From positions 16,436,005 through 16,500,004 of the forward strand of contig CM119265.1 in the NCBI GenBank assembly GCA_051294375.1: 64,000 bases of DNA, read 5' to 3'. This document shows positions 62,457 through 64,000 of this stretch, one piece after another. The DNA is from Paraspadella gotoi (lineage: Eukaryota; Animalia; Chaetognatha). The stretch's first letter is position 1. Every line of letters starts with the position of its first letter. Below the pieces are notes generated by a model. It was not told where the DNA came from. It did no database searches and saw only the letters and a program-made list of their open reading frames with translations. Position numbers and translations under genes: made by a program.

Positions 62457-64000
62457 CTAAAAAAAAAAAATGAATTACATTTTAATTGTATTTAAATTTT
62501 AGATTATGTAATATACATATTACATAATAGTCCGTTTTAAAATTAAGTTTCTTTCAATTTCTAGGGAAAAAAACCGTATTTTCAACTTTTATTTGATTCA
62601 CGTAGTTTTTCCTAAATCTCACTACAGTACATAGGTAAAACAAAAACAAATTAATTACATGAAATTGGTACAACCAATATAAAAATTATCCATCCATTTA
62701 ATAAATAAGCTATCTTGTCACTGACTTTGGACAGGCTTTGGTGGTTTAAGGCCTCCATCACACTTGCAAGATAATAACATAACAGGTTTCTGCAAGCTTT
62801 TAATCAAGCCTCTCTCACAGACTTGTTTATTCACTCCCAGTGAACCTGGCTTCCCTATCAATGAAGTGGTATAATATTTCAAAGAATGTTTCAATTGTAT
62901 GAAAAGACCACTCCCTTAAGTATTAGATCGGGGAATACTATATTGTACTCCGCACTTACTTATACTGTATACTTATATAATTACTTAAAATTAGAATTAT
63001 ACTTATATATAATTAGAATTATTTGATAAATAAGAGTGCTATGAATCTTTTTCGTATCTAGCCCAGAATTCCTGTGGGTCCTCCTTTAATAGGAAATCAA
63101 CAAGTAAGCGCTAAGCAAGCGCGATCCCTGAAAACTAAAGCAATCTTACAATTTACAATCTTTTCGGCAAAAAATGTGAATTTTCACGATAATCATTTTT
63201 ACGAAAAAATAATTAACTTTCAAATTATATGTGAATAATTGAATATATATATATTTAGCAATTGTTAAACTTTAGTAATAACATTGAATAGAAAGACGTC
63301 ATGCAATGCCTAATGACAGAGACACCAAATCTTCCGCGAAGGAACAAAGCGAATATGTTAAAGTCTGGCATCAAATTTGTCTTTGGAGAAACCCGCCAAC
63401 TCTACCCCCCCCCCTCAATGACTCCACGAATTTGGAGATAAGGAAAAATCAGTGTGCGTGCCGAGGAGAGTTTTATGCCGAGGAGGGAGAGTTTTCTATC
63501 CGATCGGTGCTCATCGCTTGCGTTTGCTCGCGAAAAGCATGAGTCACCGGAGAAAGCGATATACGAGTAAAACTCGAGAAGGAAATAGAATTAAAAGCCA
63601 AGTTGAATTATGATTATGCATGATTTATTTAATTAAAATTTTCACTCTTTGAAAAGTAAGGCTGTAAGCATTGAAAATAAATTGTAAAAACCGGTAGTTC
63701 GAAAAGCGGAGGCAATAATGGAAAACGCATGTAGGTTGTCGCAGAAAACAAACAGGAAGCGAATTTTAATTACGTTAAAAGCAAGGCAAAACGGCTTCAT
63801 ATCATGTCTAAAACTAAGCCGTTTTAGAGTCAGCAAAATCATAAAAAAAATTTAAACTACCCAGTATTTTTTTCTGTTTAAATACTGTTTAAATATTGTT
63901 TGTAATCCTCAAAGAGAGTATTGATGTCAACTTTACGTGTTTACATAACGAATGTGAGTTAAAATGGGCTTTACTGAATGTGCTTTCAACTTTCAAAATT

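Overview
Eukaryotic draft-assembly sequence from an invertebrate animal, probably an arthropod (inferred only from gene content). The window has two very different halves. The left part (1-~31.4 kb) is gap-ridden and microsatellite-saturated. It holds widely spaced minus-strand exons of a VGLUT/SLC17 vesicular glutamate transporter, one with apparent indel errors, and a ~1.5 kb inverted duplication next to a 25-N gap that is probably a gap-filling artefact. The right part (~34.6-64 kb) is compact and gene-dense. On the minus strand it carries a delta-type phospholipase C, an unlisted 3-exon 71-aa metallothionein (23 Cys), single-exon NSFL1C/p47, ROMO1 and single-exon MED18. PRIM2 lies on the plus strand, head-to-head with MED18. 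A 5'-incomplete CIP4/FNBP1 (Toca) F-BAR-HR1-SH3 gene on the minus strand has an M1 aminopeptidase nested antisense in one intron. Several TA-flanked MITE/foldback elements are present. The most notable observations are: (i) a ~650 bp TRIM-like non-autonomous LTR element in a PLC intron, whose LTRs each contain a full-length tRNA-Gly-like sequence, with a tRNA-Trp PBS and a PPT; (ii) an apparent GA-AG intron in PRIM2; (iii) the CCC-containing metallothionein; (iv) a MED18-ROMO1 arrangement suggesting a shared or polycistronic transcript. All gene models were read by eye; no database searches were run.
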